Below, one piece after another: positions 1 to 13,600 of a stretch of DNA of 64,000 nt (its first letter is position 1; every line of letters starts with the position of its first letter). This stretch comes from the human T2T-CHM13v2.0 reference genome, Homo sapiens. The position numbers were made by a program, and so were the translations under genes. Location of the stretch: assembly GCF_009914755.1 (NCBI RefSeq), contig NC_060948.1; one strand, 5' to 3'. Below the pieces are notes generated by a model. It did not search any database, was not told the DNA's origin, and saw only the letters and a list, made by a program, of their open reading frames with translations.

Positions 1-619
1 AATCGAATGGCAAGAAATCGAATGTAATGGAATCGCAAGGAATTGATGTGAACGGAACGGAATGGAATGGAATCCAAAGGAATGGAATAGAATGGAATGG
101 AATCGAATGGAAAGGACTCGAATGGAAATCACTCGAATAGAATGCAATTTAATAAAATAGGATCAAATGTAATGGAATGGAATGGAAAGGAATCGAAACG
201 AAAGGAATGGAGACAGATGGAATGGAATGGAACAGAGAGCAATGGTATAGAATGGAATGGAATCATCTGGAAAGGAATTGAATGGAATGGAATAATATGA
301 AATGGAATGGAATGGAATGGAATGGAATGCCCTTGAATTAAATGGACTCGAATGGAATGGACTCGAACAGAGTGGAATGGAAAGTGTTGAGATAGAATGG
401 AATGGACTCCTTTGGAATGGTGTAGTATGCAATGCAATCGACTGGCAGGGAATCAAAAGGAATGTAATGGAATGGATTGGACTGGAATGCAATGGACTCT
501 AATAGATTGCAAACGGAATGCAAAGGAATGGAATGGAATAGTATGGAATGGAATGGAAAGGAATGGAGTGGAATAGACTAGAGTGGAATGGAATGGACTG
601 GAAAGAAATGGACTGGAAT

Positions 620-634
620 GGAACTTTCTTGAAT
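620..634. promoter_or_regulatory. Consensus heat-shock element (nGAAnnTTCnnGAAn) 1; recurs in every unit
   Basis: gGAActTTCttGAAt; motif match only, binding not shown by the sequence. Confidence 0.5.
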
Positions 635-2069
635 GGACTGGAATCAAACGGAATGGAATGTAATGCAATCAAATGGCATGGAATAAAATAGAATGAAAGA
701 GAATCAAATGGAATTGAATCGAATGGAATCGAATGGATTGGAAAGGAATAGAATGGAATGGAATGGAATGGACTCAAATGGAATGGACTAGAATGGAATG
801 GATTCGAATGGAAGGCAAAGGAATGGAATCTATGGGAATGGACTGTAATGGAATGGAATGGAAGGGATTGGAATGGACTCGAATGGAATGGACTGCAATA
901 GAAAGGATTCGAATGGAATGAAAAAGAATTGAATGGAATAGAACAGAATGGAATCAAATCGAATGAAATGGAATGGAATAGAAAGGAATGGAATGAAATG
1001 GAATGGAAAGGATTCGAATGGAATGCAATCGAATGGAATGGAGTCGAACGGAATGGAATAAAATGGAAGAAAACTGGCAAGAAATGGAATCGAAATGAAT
1101 GGAGTGTTATGGAACGGACTCAAAAGGAATTGAATGTAATAGAATGGAGTGGAGTGGACTCGAATATAATGGACTGGAATGGAATGAAATCACATGGAAT
1201 GGGAACGAATGGAATGGAATGGAAAGGAATGGAATCGAATGGAAAGGAATCGAATGGAAGGGAATGAAATTGAATCAACAGGAATGGAAGGGAATAGAAT
1301 AGACGGTAATGGAATGGACTCGAATAGAATGGACACGAATGCTCAAATTGAATGGACTCGAATGGAATGGAAACGAAAGGAATGTCATCGAATGGAATTG
1401 AATCGATTGGAATGAAATCGCATAGAATGGAGTGGAATCAAATGGAATTGAATCGAAAGGAAAGGAAGCGAATGGACTGAAATGAAATGGAATGGAATTG
1501 AATGGAAAGTAATGCAATGGAATAGAATGGAACGAAATTTCACGGAATGGAATCAAACTGAATGGAATCAAATCAATGGAATCTAATCAAATGGAATGGA
1601 AAGGAATTGAATGGAGTAGATTGGATTGGATGGGATTGGAATGAAATGTACTGGAAAGGACTCGAATTTCATGAAACGGAATGGAATGAATTGGAATGGA
1701 ATGGACTAGAATGGAATGGAATGTCATGGAATGGCATCAAATGGAATGGCATCAAATGGAATGGAATCGACTGCAATGGAATGCTATGGAATGGAATGGA
1801 ATGCATTGGAATGGAATGTCCTCTAATGGAATGGATTCGAGTGGAATGGAATCGAATATAATGGAGTCGAATGAAATGGAATTGAAAGGAATGGGATCGA
1901 ATACAATGGAATATACTGGAATGTAATGTAATGAACTCGAATGTAATTGACTGGAATGGAATGTACATGAATGGAATGTAATCGAATGGAAAGTAATCCA
2001 ATGGAATAGAATCTAATGCAATAAAATCGACTCAGATAGAGTAGAATGTAGTGGAATGGAGTGCAGTGC

Positions 2070-2150
2070 AATGGAATGGAATGGAATGGAATGCAATTGA
2101 ATGGAATGGAATGGAATGGAATGGAATGGAATGGGATGGAATGGTATGGA
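2070..2150 (+). repeat. Variable-length near-pure (GGAAT)n tract inside each unit
   Basis: Lies between gtgcagtgca and gatagtaa. The spacing between flanking ORF anchors varies from 644 to 684 bp among units in 5-bp steps. Confidence 0.85.
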
Positions 2151-2361
2151 ATGGATAGTAATGGACTGGAGTGAAATGGACTGGAAAGGAATGGACTCAA
2201 ATTGAAAGGGCTCGAAAGGAATGGAGTCAAATGGAATGGTCTGGAATGGAATGAACACGAATGTAATGCAATCCAATAGAATGGAATCGAATGGCATGGA
2301 ATATAAAGAAATGGAATCGGAGAGAATGGAAACAAATGGAATGGAATTGAATGGAATGGAA

Positions 2362-2515
2362 TTGAATGGAATGGGAACGAATGGAGTGAAATTGTATGCA
2401 GTAGAAGGGAATAGAATGGAATGCAAGCGAAAGGAAAGGAATGGATTGGAATGGAATGGAATTCATTGGAATGGAAGGGAATGTAGTGTAATGGACAGGC
2501 CTGGAATAAAGTGGA
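2362..2515. other. DYZ1 diagnostic segment (Y1.1/Y1.2 sexing PCR target, with internal EcoRI and StuI/HaeIII sites); recurs once per unit
   Basis: TTGAATGGAATGGGAACGAATGG at 2362-2384 and GGACAGGCCTGGAATAAAGTGGA at 2493-2515 span 154 bp. They match, from memory rather than a search, the widely used DYZ1 primers Y1.2 and Y1.1 (reverse complement). Confidence 0.85.
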
Positions 2516-2872
2516 ATGCTACGGTCTCGAATGGAATAAAAATGTATGGAATGGAATGCAATGAAATGGAATCGAATGTCATAGAATGTAATGGAATGCA
2601 ACAAAATGGAATCCAAAATCATTGACTGGAAAGGCTGGGTGTCGAAAGGAATTGACTCCAATGGAATGGAATCGAATGGAATGGAAGTGAATAGAATCGA
2701 ACTAAATCGAATGCAATGGAATTGATAGGAACGGAATGGAAAGGAATGCAATGATTTGGCATGGAATGGAATCGAATGGCATCGAATGGAATGGAATGGA
2801 ATGCAATGGAATGGAATGTATTAGAATGTAATGAACTTTAATGGAATGTACTCGAATGGATTCGACTGGAAT

Positions 2873-2887
2873 GGAATGTTCTGGAAG
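2873..2887. promoter_or_regulatory. Consensus heat-shock element 2; recurs in every unit
   Basis: gGAAtgTTCtgGAAg; motif match only. Confidence 0.5.
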
Positions 2888-3152
2888 TGATTGGACTCCA
2901 ATGGAATGGATTCCAAAGGAATGGAATCGTACGGAATGGAATCTAATGGAATGGAATTAAATGGAAATGAATCAAATTGAATAGCACGGAATTGAATTGA
3001 ATGGAATGGAATGCAATGGAATCTAATGAAACGGAAAGGAAAGGAATGGAATGGAATGGAATGGGCTGGAATGGAAAGGAATCGAAACGAATGGAATGGA
3101 ATCGAACTGAAGAGACTGGAATGGAATGCACTGGAATGGAAGGGAGTGTAAT

Positions 3153-3167
3153 GGAAGGTTCTCGAAA
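3153..3167. promoter_or_regulatory. Consensus heat-shock element 3; recurs in all units except 10 and 13
   Basis: gGAAggTTCtcGAAa; motif match only. Confidence 0.5.
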
Positions 3168-3559
3168 AAAATGGAATCGAATGGAATGGAATTGAATGGA
3201 ACGGAATAGAGTCGAATGGAATTGAATGGAATGGAATGGACTAGAGTGAAATGGAATCGAACCACAAGGAATGGACAGGAATAGAATGGTCTCGAATTGA
3301 ATGGGATCATATGGAATGGCATCAAACGGAATGGAATGGACAGCCACGGAATGGAATGCACTCGAATGCAATGGAGTCGAAACTAATGGACTGGAATAGA
3401 ATGGACTCGACTGGTACGGACTCCAATGGAATGGAATCGAATGGAAGGGAATCGAACGGAATGGACTCGAAGGGAAAAGACTGCAATGGAAAGGTCTCGA
3501 ATGGAATGGAAATTAATGGAATGGAATGGAATCGAATGAAATGGAGTCAAAAGGAATGG

Positions 3560-6500
3560 AATCGAATGGCAAGAAATCGAATGTAATGGAATCGCAAGGA
3601 ATTGATGTGAACGGAATGGAATGGAATGGAATCCAAAGGAATGGAATAGAATGGAATGGAATCGAATGGAAAGGACTCGAATGGAAATCACTCGAATAGA
3701 ATGCAATTTAATAAAATAGGATCAAATGTAATGGAATGGAATGGAAAGGAATCGAAACGAAAGGAATGGAGACAGATGGAATGGAATGGAACAGAGAGCA
3801 ATGGTATAGAATGGAATGGAATCATCTGGAATGGAATTGAATGGAATGGAATAATATGAAATGGAATGGAATGGAATGGAATGGAATGCCCTTGAATTAA
3901 ATGGACTGGAATGGAATGGACTCGAACAGAGTGGAATGGAAAGTGTTGAGATAGAATGGAATGGACTCCTTTGGAATGGTGTAGTATGCAATGCAATCGA
4001 CTGGCAGGGAATCAAAAGGAATGTAATCGAATGGACTGGACTGGAATGCAATGGACTCGAATAGATTGGAAACGGAATGCAAAGGAATGGAATGGAATAG
4101 TATGGAATGGAATGGAAAGGAATGGAGTGGAATAGACTAGAGTGGAATGGAATGGACTGGAAAGCAATGGACTGGAATGGAACTTTCTTGAATGGACTGG
4201 AATCAAACGGAATGGAATGCAATGCAATCAAATGGCATGGAATAAAATAGAATGAAAGAGAATCGAATGGAATTGAATCGAATGGAATCGAATGGATTGG
4301 AAAGGAATAGAATGGAATGGAATGGAATGGACTCAAATGGAATGGACTAGAATGGAATGGATTCGAATGGAAGGCAAAGGAATGGAATCTATTGGAATGG
4401 ACTGTAATGGAATGGAATGGAAGGGATTGGAATGGACTCGAATGGAATGGACTGCAATAGAAAGGATTCGAATGGAATGAAAAAGAATTGAATGGAATAG
4501 AACAGAATGGAATCAAATCGAATGAAATGGAATGGAATAGAAAGGAATGGAATGAAATGGAATGGAAAGGATTCGAATGGAATGCAATCGAATGGAATGG
4601 AATCGAACGGAATGGAATAAAATGGAAGAAAACTGGCAAGAAATGGAATCGAAATGAATGGAGTGTTATGGAACGGACTCAAAAGGAATTGAATGTAATA
4701 GAATGGAGTGGAGTGGACTCGAATATAATGGACTGGAATGGAATGAAATCACATGGAATGGGAACGAATGGAATGGAATGGAAAGGAATGGAATCGAATG
4801 GAAAGGAATCGAATGGAAGGGAATGAAATTGAATCAACAGGAATGGAAGGGAATAGAATAGACGGTAATGGAATGGACTCGAATAGAATGGACACGAATG
4901 CTCAAATTGAATGGACTCGAATGGAATGGAAACGAAAGGAATGTCATCGAATGGAATTGAATCGATTGGAATGAAATCGCATAGAATGGAGTGGAATCAA
5001 ATGGAATTGAATCGAAAGGAAAGGAAGCGAATGGACTGAAATGAAATGGAATGGAATTGAATGGAAAGTAATGCAATGGAATAGAATGGAACGAAATTTC
5101 ACGGAATGGAATCAAACTGAATGGAATCAAATCAATGGAATCAAATCAAATGGAATGGAAAGGAATTGAATGGAGTAGATTGGATTGGATGGGATTGGAA
5201 TGAAATGTACTGGAAAGGACTCGAATTTCATGAAACGGAATGGAATGAATTGGAACGGAATGGACTCGAATGGAATGGAATGTCATGGAATGGCATCAAA
5301 TGGAATGGCATCAAATGGAATGGAATCGAATGCAATGGAATGCTATGGAATGGAATGGAATGCATTGGAATGGAATGTCCTCTAATGGAATGGATTCGAG
5401 TGGAATGGAATCGAATATAATGGAGTCGAATGAAATGGAATTGAAAGGAATGGGATCGAATACAATGGAATATACTGGAATGTAATGTAATGAACTCGAA
5501 TGTAATTGACTGGAATGGAATGTACATGAATGGAATGTAATCGAATGGAAAGTAATCCAATGGAATAGAATCTAATGCAATAAAACCGACTCAGATAGAG
5601 TAGAATGTAATGGAATGGAGTGCAGTGCAATGGAATGGAATGGAATGGAATGCAATGGAATGGAATGGAATGGAATGGAATGGAATGGGATGGAATGGTA
5701 TGGAATGGATAGTAATGGACTGGAGTGAAATGGACTGGAAAGGAATGGACTCAAATTCAAAGGGCTCGAAAGGAATGGAGTCAAATGGAATGGTCTGGAA
5801 TGGAATGAACACGAATGTAATGCAATCCAATAGAATGGAATCGAATGGCATGGAATATAAAGAAATGGAATCGAAGAGAATGGAAACAAATGGAATGGAA
5901 TTGAATGGAATGGAATTGAATGGAATGGGAACGAATGGAGTGAAATTGTATGCAGTAGAAGGGAATAGAATGGAATGCAAGCGAAAGGAAAGGAATGGAT
6001 TGGAATGGAATGGAATTCATTGGAATGGAAGGGAATGTAGTGTAATGGACAGGCCTGGAATAAAGTGGAATGCTACGGTCTCGAATGGAATAAAAATGTA
6101 TGGAATGGAATGCAATGAAACGGAATCGAATGTCATAGAATGTAATGGAATGCAAAAAAATGGAATCCAAAATCATTGACTGGAAAGGCTGGGTGTCGAA
6201 AGGAATTGACTCCAATGGAATGGAATCGAATGGAATGGAAGTGAATAGAATCGAACTAAATCGAATGGAATGGAATTGATAGGAACGGAATGGAAAGGAA
6301 TGCAATGATTTGGCATGGAATGGAATCGAATGGCATCGAATGGAATGGAATGGAATGCAATGGAATGGAATGTATTAGAATGTAATGAACTTTAATGGAA
6401 TGTACTCGAATGGATTCGACTGGAATGGAATGTTCTGGAAGTGAATGGACTCCAATGGAATGGATTCAAAAGGAATGGAATCGTACGGAATGGAATCTAA

Positions 6501-7113
6501 TGGAATGGAATTAAATGGAAATGAATCAAATTGAATAGCACGGAATTGAATTGAATGGAATGGAATGCAATGGAATCTAATGAAACGGAAAGGAAAGGAA
6601 TGGAATGGAATGGAATGGGCTGGAATGGAAAGGAATCGAAACGAATGGAATGGAATCGAACTGAAGAGACTGGAATGGAATGCACTGGAATGGAAGGGAG
6701 TGTAATGGAAGGTTCTCGAAAAAAATGGAATCGAATGGAATGGAATTGAATGGAACGGAATAGAGTCGAATGGAATTGAATGGAATGGAATGGACTAGAG
6801 TGAAGTGGAATCGAACCACAAGGAATGGACAGGAATAGAATGGTCTCGAATTGAATGGGATCGTATGGAATGGCATCAAACGGAATGGAATGGACAGCCA
6901 CGGAATGGAATGCACTCGAATGCAATGGAGTCGAAACTAATGGACTGGAATAGAATGGACTCTACTGGTACGGACTCCAATGGAATGGAATCGAATGGAA
7001 GGGAATCGAACGGAATGGACTCGAAGGGAAAAGACTGCAATGGAAAGGTCTCGAATGGAATGGAAATTAATGGAATGGAATGGAATCGAATGAAATGGAG
7101 TCAAAAGGAATGG
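3560..7113 (+). repeat. DYZ1 unit 2 (3554 bp), variant type B
   Basis: Anchor ORF at 3656. Markers: catctggaatgg, tctattgg, tcaaatcaaa, tcaaattcaaagg, gtgaagtgg, gactctactgg. Confidence 0.9.
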
Positions 7114-10100
7114 AATCGAATGGCAAGAAATCGAATGTAATGGAATCGCAAGGAATTGATGTGAACGGAACGGAATGGAATGGAATCCAAAGGAATGGAA
7201 TAGAATGGAATGGAATCGAATGGAAAGGACTCGAATGGAAATCACTCGAATAGAATGCAATTTAATAAAATAGGATCAAATGTAATGGAATGGAATGGAA
7301 AGGAATCGAAACGAAAGGAATGGAGACAGATGGAATGGAATGGAACAGAGAGCAATGGTATAGAATGGAATGGAATCATCTGGAAAGGAATTGAATGGAA
7401 TGGAATAATATGAAATGGAATGGAATGGAATGGAATGGAATGCCCTTGAATTAAATGGACTGGAATGGAATGGACTCGAACAGAGTGGAATGGAAAGTGT
7501 TGAGATAGAATGGAATGGACTCCTTTGGAATGGTGTAGTATGCAATGCAATCGACTGGCAGGGAATCAAAAGGAATGTAATGGAATGGATTGGACTGGAA
7601 TGCAATGGACTCGAATAGATTGCAAACGGAATGCAAAGGAATGGAATGGAATAGTATGGAATGGAATGGAAAGGAATGGAGTGGAATAGACTAGAGTGGA
7701 ATGGAATGGACTGGAAAGAAATGGACTGGAATGGAACTTTCTTGAATGGACTGGAATCAAACGGAATGGAATGTAATGCAATCAAATGGCATGGAATAAA
7801 ATAGAATGAAAGAGAATCAAATGGAATTGAATCGAATGGAATCGAATGGATTGGAAAGGAATAGAATGGAATGGAATGGAATGGACTCAAATGGAATGGA
7901 CTAGAATGGAATGGATTCGAATGGAAGGCAAAGGAATGGAATCTATGGGAATGGACTGTAATGGAATGGAATGGAAGGGATTGGAATGGACTCGAATGGA
8001 ATGGACTGCAATAGAAAGGATTCGAATGGAATGAAAAAGAATTGAATGGAATAGAACAGAATGGAATCAAATCGAATGAAATGGAATGGAATAGAAAGGA
8101 ATGGAATGAAATGGAATGGAAAGGATTCGAATGGAATGCAATCGAATGGAATGGAGTCGAACGGAATGGAATAAAATGGAAGAAAACTGGCAAGAAATGG
8201 AATCGAAATGAATGGAGTGTTATGGAACGGACTCAAAAGGAATTGAATGTAATAGAATGGAGTGGAGTGGACTCGAATATAATGGACTGGAATGGAATGA
8301 AATCACATGGAATGGGAACGAATGGAATGGAATGGAAAGGAATGGAATCGAATGGAAAGGAATCGAATGGAAGGGAATGAAATTGAATCAACAGGAATGG
8401 AAGGGAATAGAATAGACGGTAATGGAATGGACTCGAATAGAATGGACACGAATGCTCAAATTGAATGGACTCGAATGGAATGGAAACGAAAGGAATGTCA
8501 TCGAATGGAATTGAATCGATTGGAATGAAATCGCATAGAATGGAGTGGAATCAAATGGAATTGAATCGAAAGGAAAGGAAGCGAATGGACTGAAATGAAA
8601 TGGAATGGAATTGAATGGAAAGTAATGCAATGGAATAGAATGGAACGAAATTTCACGGAATGGAATCAAACTGAATGGAATCAAATCAATGGAATCTAAT
8701 CAAATGGAATGGAAAGGAATTGAATGGAGTAGATTGGATTGGATGGGATTGGAATGAAATGTACTGGAAAGGACTCGAATTTCATGAAACGGAATGGAAT
8801 GAATTGGAATGGAATGGACTAGAATGGAATGGAATGTCATGGAATGGCATCAAATGGAATGGCATCAAATGGAATGGAATCGAATGCAATGGAATGCTAT
8901 GGAATGGAATGGAATGCATTGGAATGGAATGTCCTCTAATGGAATGGATTCGAGTGGAATGGAATCGAATATAATGGAGTCGAATGAAATGGAATTGAAA
9001 GGAATGGGATCGAATACAATGGAATATACTGGAATGTAATGTAATGAACTCGAATGTAATTGACTGGAATGGAATGTACATGAATGGAATGTAATCGAAT
9101 GGAAAGTAATCCAATGGAATAGAATCTAATGCAATAAAATCGACTCAGATAGAGTAGAATGTAATGGAATGGAGTGCAGTGCAATGGAATGGAATGGAAT
9201 GGAATGCAATTGAATGGAATGGAATGGAATGGAATGGAATGGAATGGGATGGAATGGTATGGAATGGATAGTAATGGACTGGAGTGAAATGGACTGGAAA
9301 GGAATGGACTCAAATTGAAAGGGCTCGAAAGGAATGGAGTCAAATGGAATGGTCTGGAATGGAATGAACACGAATGTAATGCAATCCAATAGAATGGAAT
9401 CGAATGGCATGGAATATAAAGAAATGGAATCGGAGAGAATGGAAACAAATGGAATGGAATTGAATGGAATGGAATTGAATGGAATGGGAACGAATGGAGT
9501 GAAATTGTATGCAGTAGAAGGGAATAGAATGGAATGCAAGCGAAAGGAAAGGAATGGATTGGAATGGAATGGAATTCATTGGAATGGAAGGGAATGTAGT
9601 GTAATGGACAGGCCTGGAATAAAGTGGAATGCTACGGTCTCGAATGGAATAAAAATGTATGGAATGGAATGCAATGAAATGGAATCGAATGTCATAGAAT
9701 GTAATGGAATGCAACAAAATGGAATCCAAAATCATTGACTGGAAAGGCTGGGTGTCGAAAGGAATTGACTCCAATGGAATGGAATCGAATGGAATGGAAG
9801 TGAATAGAATCGAACTAAATCGAATGCAATGGAATTGATAGGAACGGAATGGAAAGGAATGCAATGATTTGGCATGGAATGGAATCGAATGGCATCGAAT
9901 GGAATGGAATGGAATGCAATGGAATGGAATGTATTAGAATGTAATGAACTTTAATGGAATGTACTCGAATGGATTCGACTGGAATGGAATGTTCTGGAAG
10001 TGATTGGACTCCAATGGAATGGATTCCAAAGGAATGGAATCGTACGGAATGGAATCTAATGGAATGGAATTAAATGGAAATGAATCAAATTGAATAGCAC

Positions 10101-10672
10101 GGAATTGAATTGAATGGAATGGAATGCAATGGAATCTAATGAAACGGAAAGGAAAGGAATGGAATGGAATGGAATGGGCTGGAATGGAAAGGAATCGAAA
10201 CGAATGGAATGGAATCGAACTGAAGAGACTGGAATGGAATGCACTGGAATGGAAGGGAGTGTAATGGAAGGTTCTCGAAAAAAATGGAATCGAATGGAAT
10301 GGAATTGAATGGAACGGAATAGAGTCGAATGGAATTGAATGGAATGGAATGGACTAGAGTGAAATGGAATCGAACCACAAGGAATGGACAGGAATAGAAT
10401 GGTCTCGAATTGAATGGGATCATATGGAATGGCATCAAACGGAATGGAATGGACAGCCACGGAATGGAATGCACTCGAATGCAATGGAGTCGAAACTAAT
10501 GGACTGGAATAGAATGGACTCGACTGGTACGGACTCCAATGGAATGGAATCGAATGGAAGGGAATCGAACGGAATGGACTCGAAGGGAAAAGACTGCAAT
10601 GGAAAGGTCTCGAATGGAATGGAAATTAATGGAATGGAATGGAATCGAATGAAATGGAGTCAAAAGGAATGG
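7114..10672 (+). repeat. DYZ1 unit 3 (3559 bp), type A
   Basis: Anchor ORF at 7210; carries the same A markers as unit 1. Confidence 0.9.
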
Positions 10673-13600
10673 AATCGAATGGCAAGAAATCGAAAGTAAT
10701 GGAATCGCAAGGAATTGATGTGAACGGAATGGAATGGAATGGAATCCAAAGGAATGGAATAGAATGGAATGGAATCGAATGGAAAGGACTCGAATGGAAA
10801 TCACTCGAATAGAATGCAATTTAATAAAATAGGATCAAATGTAATGGAATGGAATGGAAAGGAATCGAAACGAAAGGAATGGAGACAGATGGAATGGAAT
10901 GGAACAGAGAGCAATGGTATAGAATGGAATGGAATCATCTGGAATGGAATTGAATGGAATGGAATAATATGAAATGGAATGGAATGGAATGGAATGGAAT
11001 GCCCTTGAATTAAATGGACTGGAATGGAATGGACTCGAACAGAGTGGAATGGAAAGTGTTGAGATAGAATGGAATGGACTCCTTTGGAATGGTGTAGTAT
11101 GCAATGCAATCGACTGGCAGGGAATCAAAAGGAATGTAATCGAATGGACTGGACTGGAATGCAATGGACTCGAATAGATTGGAAACGGAATGCAAAGGAA
11201 TGGAATGGAATAGTATGGAATGGAATGGAAAGGAATGGAGTGGAATAGACTAGAGTGGAATGGAATGGACTGGAAAGCAATGGACTGGAATGGAACTTTC
11301 TTGAATGGACTGGAATCAAACGGAATGGAATGCAATGCAATCAAATGGCATGGAATAAAATAGAATGAAAGAGAATCAAATGGAATTGAATCGAATGGAA
11401 TCGAATGGATTGGAAAGGAATAGAATGGAATGGAATGGAATGGACTCAAATGGAATGGACTAGAATGGAATGGATTCGAATGGAAGGCAAAGGAATGGAA
11501 TCTATTGGAATGGACTGTAATGGAATGGAATGGAAGGGATTGGAATGGACTCGAATGGAATGGACTGCAATAGAAAGGATTCGAATGGAATGAAAAAGAA
11601 TTGAATGGAATAGAACAGAATGGAATCAAATCGAATGAAATGGAATGGAATAGAAAGGAATGGAATGAAATGGAATGGAAAGGATTCGAATGGAATGCAA
11701 TCGAATGGAATGGAATCGAACGGAATGGAATAAAATGGAAGAAAACTGGCAAGAAATGGAATCGAAATGAATGGAGTGTTATGGAACGGACTCAAAAGGA
11801 ATTGAATGTAATAGAATGGAGTGGAGTGGACTCGAATATAATGGACTGGAATGGAATGAAATCACATGGAATGGGAACGAATGGAATGGAATGGAAAGGA
11901 ATGGAATCGAATGGAAAGGAATCGAATGGAAGGGAATGAAATTGAATCAACAGGAATGGAAGGGAATAGAATAGACGGTAATGGAATGGACTCGAATAGA
12001 ATGGACACGAATGCTCAAATTGAATGGACTCGAATGGAATGGAAACGAAAGGAATGTCATCGAATGGAATTGAATCGATTGGAATGAAATCGCATAGAAT
12101 GGAGTGGAATCAAATGGAATTGAATCGAAAGGAAAGGAAGCGAATGGACTGAAATGAAATGGAATGGAATTGAATGGAAAGTAATGCAATGGAATAGAAT
12201 GGAACGAAATTTCACGGAATGGAATCAAACTGAATGGAATCAAATCAATGGAATCAAATCAAATGGAATGGAAAGGAATTGAATGGAGTAGATTGGATTG
12301 GATGGGATTGGAATGAAATGTACTGGAAAGGACTCGAATTTCATGAAACGGAATGGAATGAATTGGAACGGAATGGACTCGAATGGAATGGAATGTCATG
12401 GAATGGCATCAAATGGAATGGCATCAAATGGAATGGAATCGAATGCAATGGAATGCTATGGAATGGAATGGAATGCATTGGAATGGAATGTCCTCTAATG
12501 GAATGGATTCGAGTGGAATGGAATCGAATATAATGGAGTCGAATGAAATGGAATTGAAAGGAATGGGATCGAATACAATGGAATATACTGGAATGTAATG
12601 TAATGAACTCGAATGTAATTGACTGGAATGGAATGTACATGAATGGAATGTAATCGAATGGAAAGTAATCCAATGGAATAGAATCTAATGCAATAAAATC
12701 GACTCAGATAGAGTAGAATGTAATGGAATGGAGTGCAGTGCAATGGAATGGAATGGAATGGAATGCAATGGAATGGAATGGAATGGAATGGGATGGAATG
12801 GTATGGAATGGACAGTAATGGACTGGAGTGAAATGGACTGGAAAGGAATGGACTCAAATTGAAAGGGCTCGATAGGAATAGAGACAAATGGAATGGTCTG
12901 GAATGGAATGAACACGAATGTAATGCAATCCAATAGAATGGAGTCGAATGGCATGGAATATAAAGAAATGGAATCGAAGAGAATGGAAACAAATGGAATG
13001 GAATTGAATGGAATGGAATTGAATGGAATGGGAACGAATGGAGTGAAATTGTATGCAGTAGAAGAGAATAGAATGGAATGCAAGCGAAAGGAAAGGAATG
13101 GATTGGAATGGAATGGAATTCATTGGAATGGAAGGGAATGTAGTGTAATGGACAGGCCTGGAATAAAGTGGAATGCTACGGTCTCGAATGGAATAAAAAT
13201 GTATGGAATGGAATGCAATGAAACGGAATCGAATGTCATAGAATGTAATGGAATGCAAAAAAATGGAATCCAAAATCATTGACTGGAAAGGCTGGGTGTC
13301 GAAAGGAATTGACTCCAATGGAATGGAATCGAATGGAATGGAAGTGAATAGAATCGAACTAAATCGAATGGAATGGAATTGATAGGAACGGAATGGAAAG
13401 GAATGCAATGATTTGGCATGGAATGGAATCGAATGGCATCGAATGGAATGGAATGGAATGCAATGGAATGGAATGTATTAGAATGTAATGAACTTTAATG
13501 GAATGTACTCGAATGGATTCGACTGGAATGGAATGTTCTGGAAGTGAATGGACTCCAATGGAATGGATTCAAAAGGAATGGAATCGTACGGAATGGAATC

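Larger units (their letters stand above)
1..3559 (+). repeat. DYZ1 unit 1 (3559 bp), variant type A
   Basis: Unit boundary set arbitrarily at window start. Markers: catctggaaagg, tctatggg, ggagtcgaacgg, gcaattgaa, atcggagag, gtgattgg, gggatcatat. Confidence 0.9.

Noticed and set aside
1267-1277. AAATTGAATCA, resembling a DUX4 site (TAAYYBAATCA-like)
   Set aside because: It mismatches the conserved TAA start, and near-matches are expected in this composition.
151-2540. Several AATAAA hexamers per unit (e.g. 151, 682, 2505) as polyadenylation signals
   Set aside because: They are easily generated from GAATA/GAATG pentamer variants in A-rich sequence, and there is no transcript evidence in the window.
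3722-4639. Recurrent 300-305-aa minus-strand ORF and the other HSIPF-rich ORFs
   Set aside because: (ATTCC)n has no stop codon in any frame, so long ORFs are expected. The products are low-complexity HSIPF repeats with no domain, and the ORF is broken in units 1 and 5.
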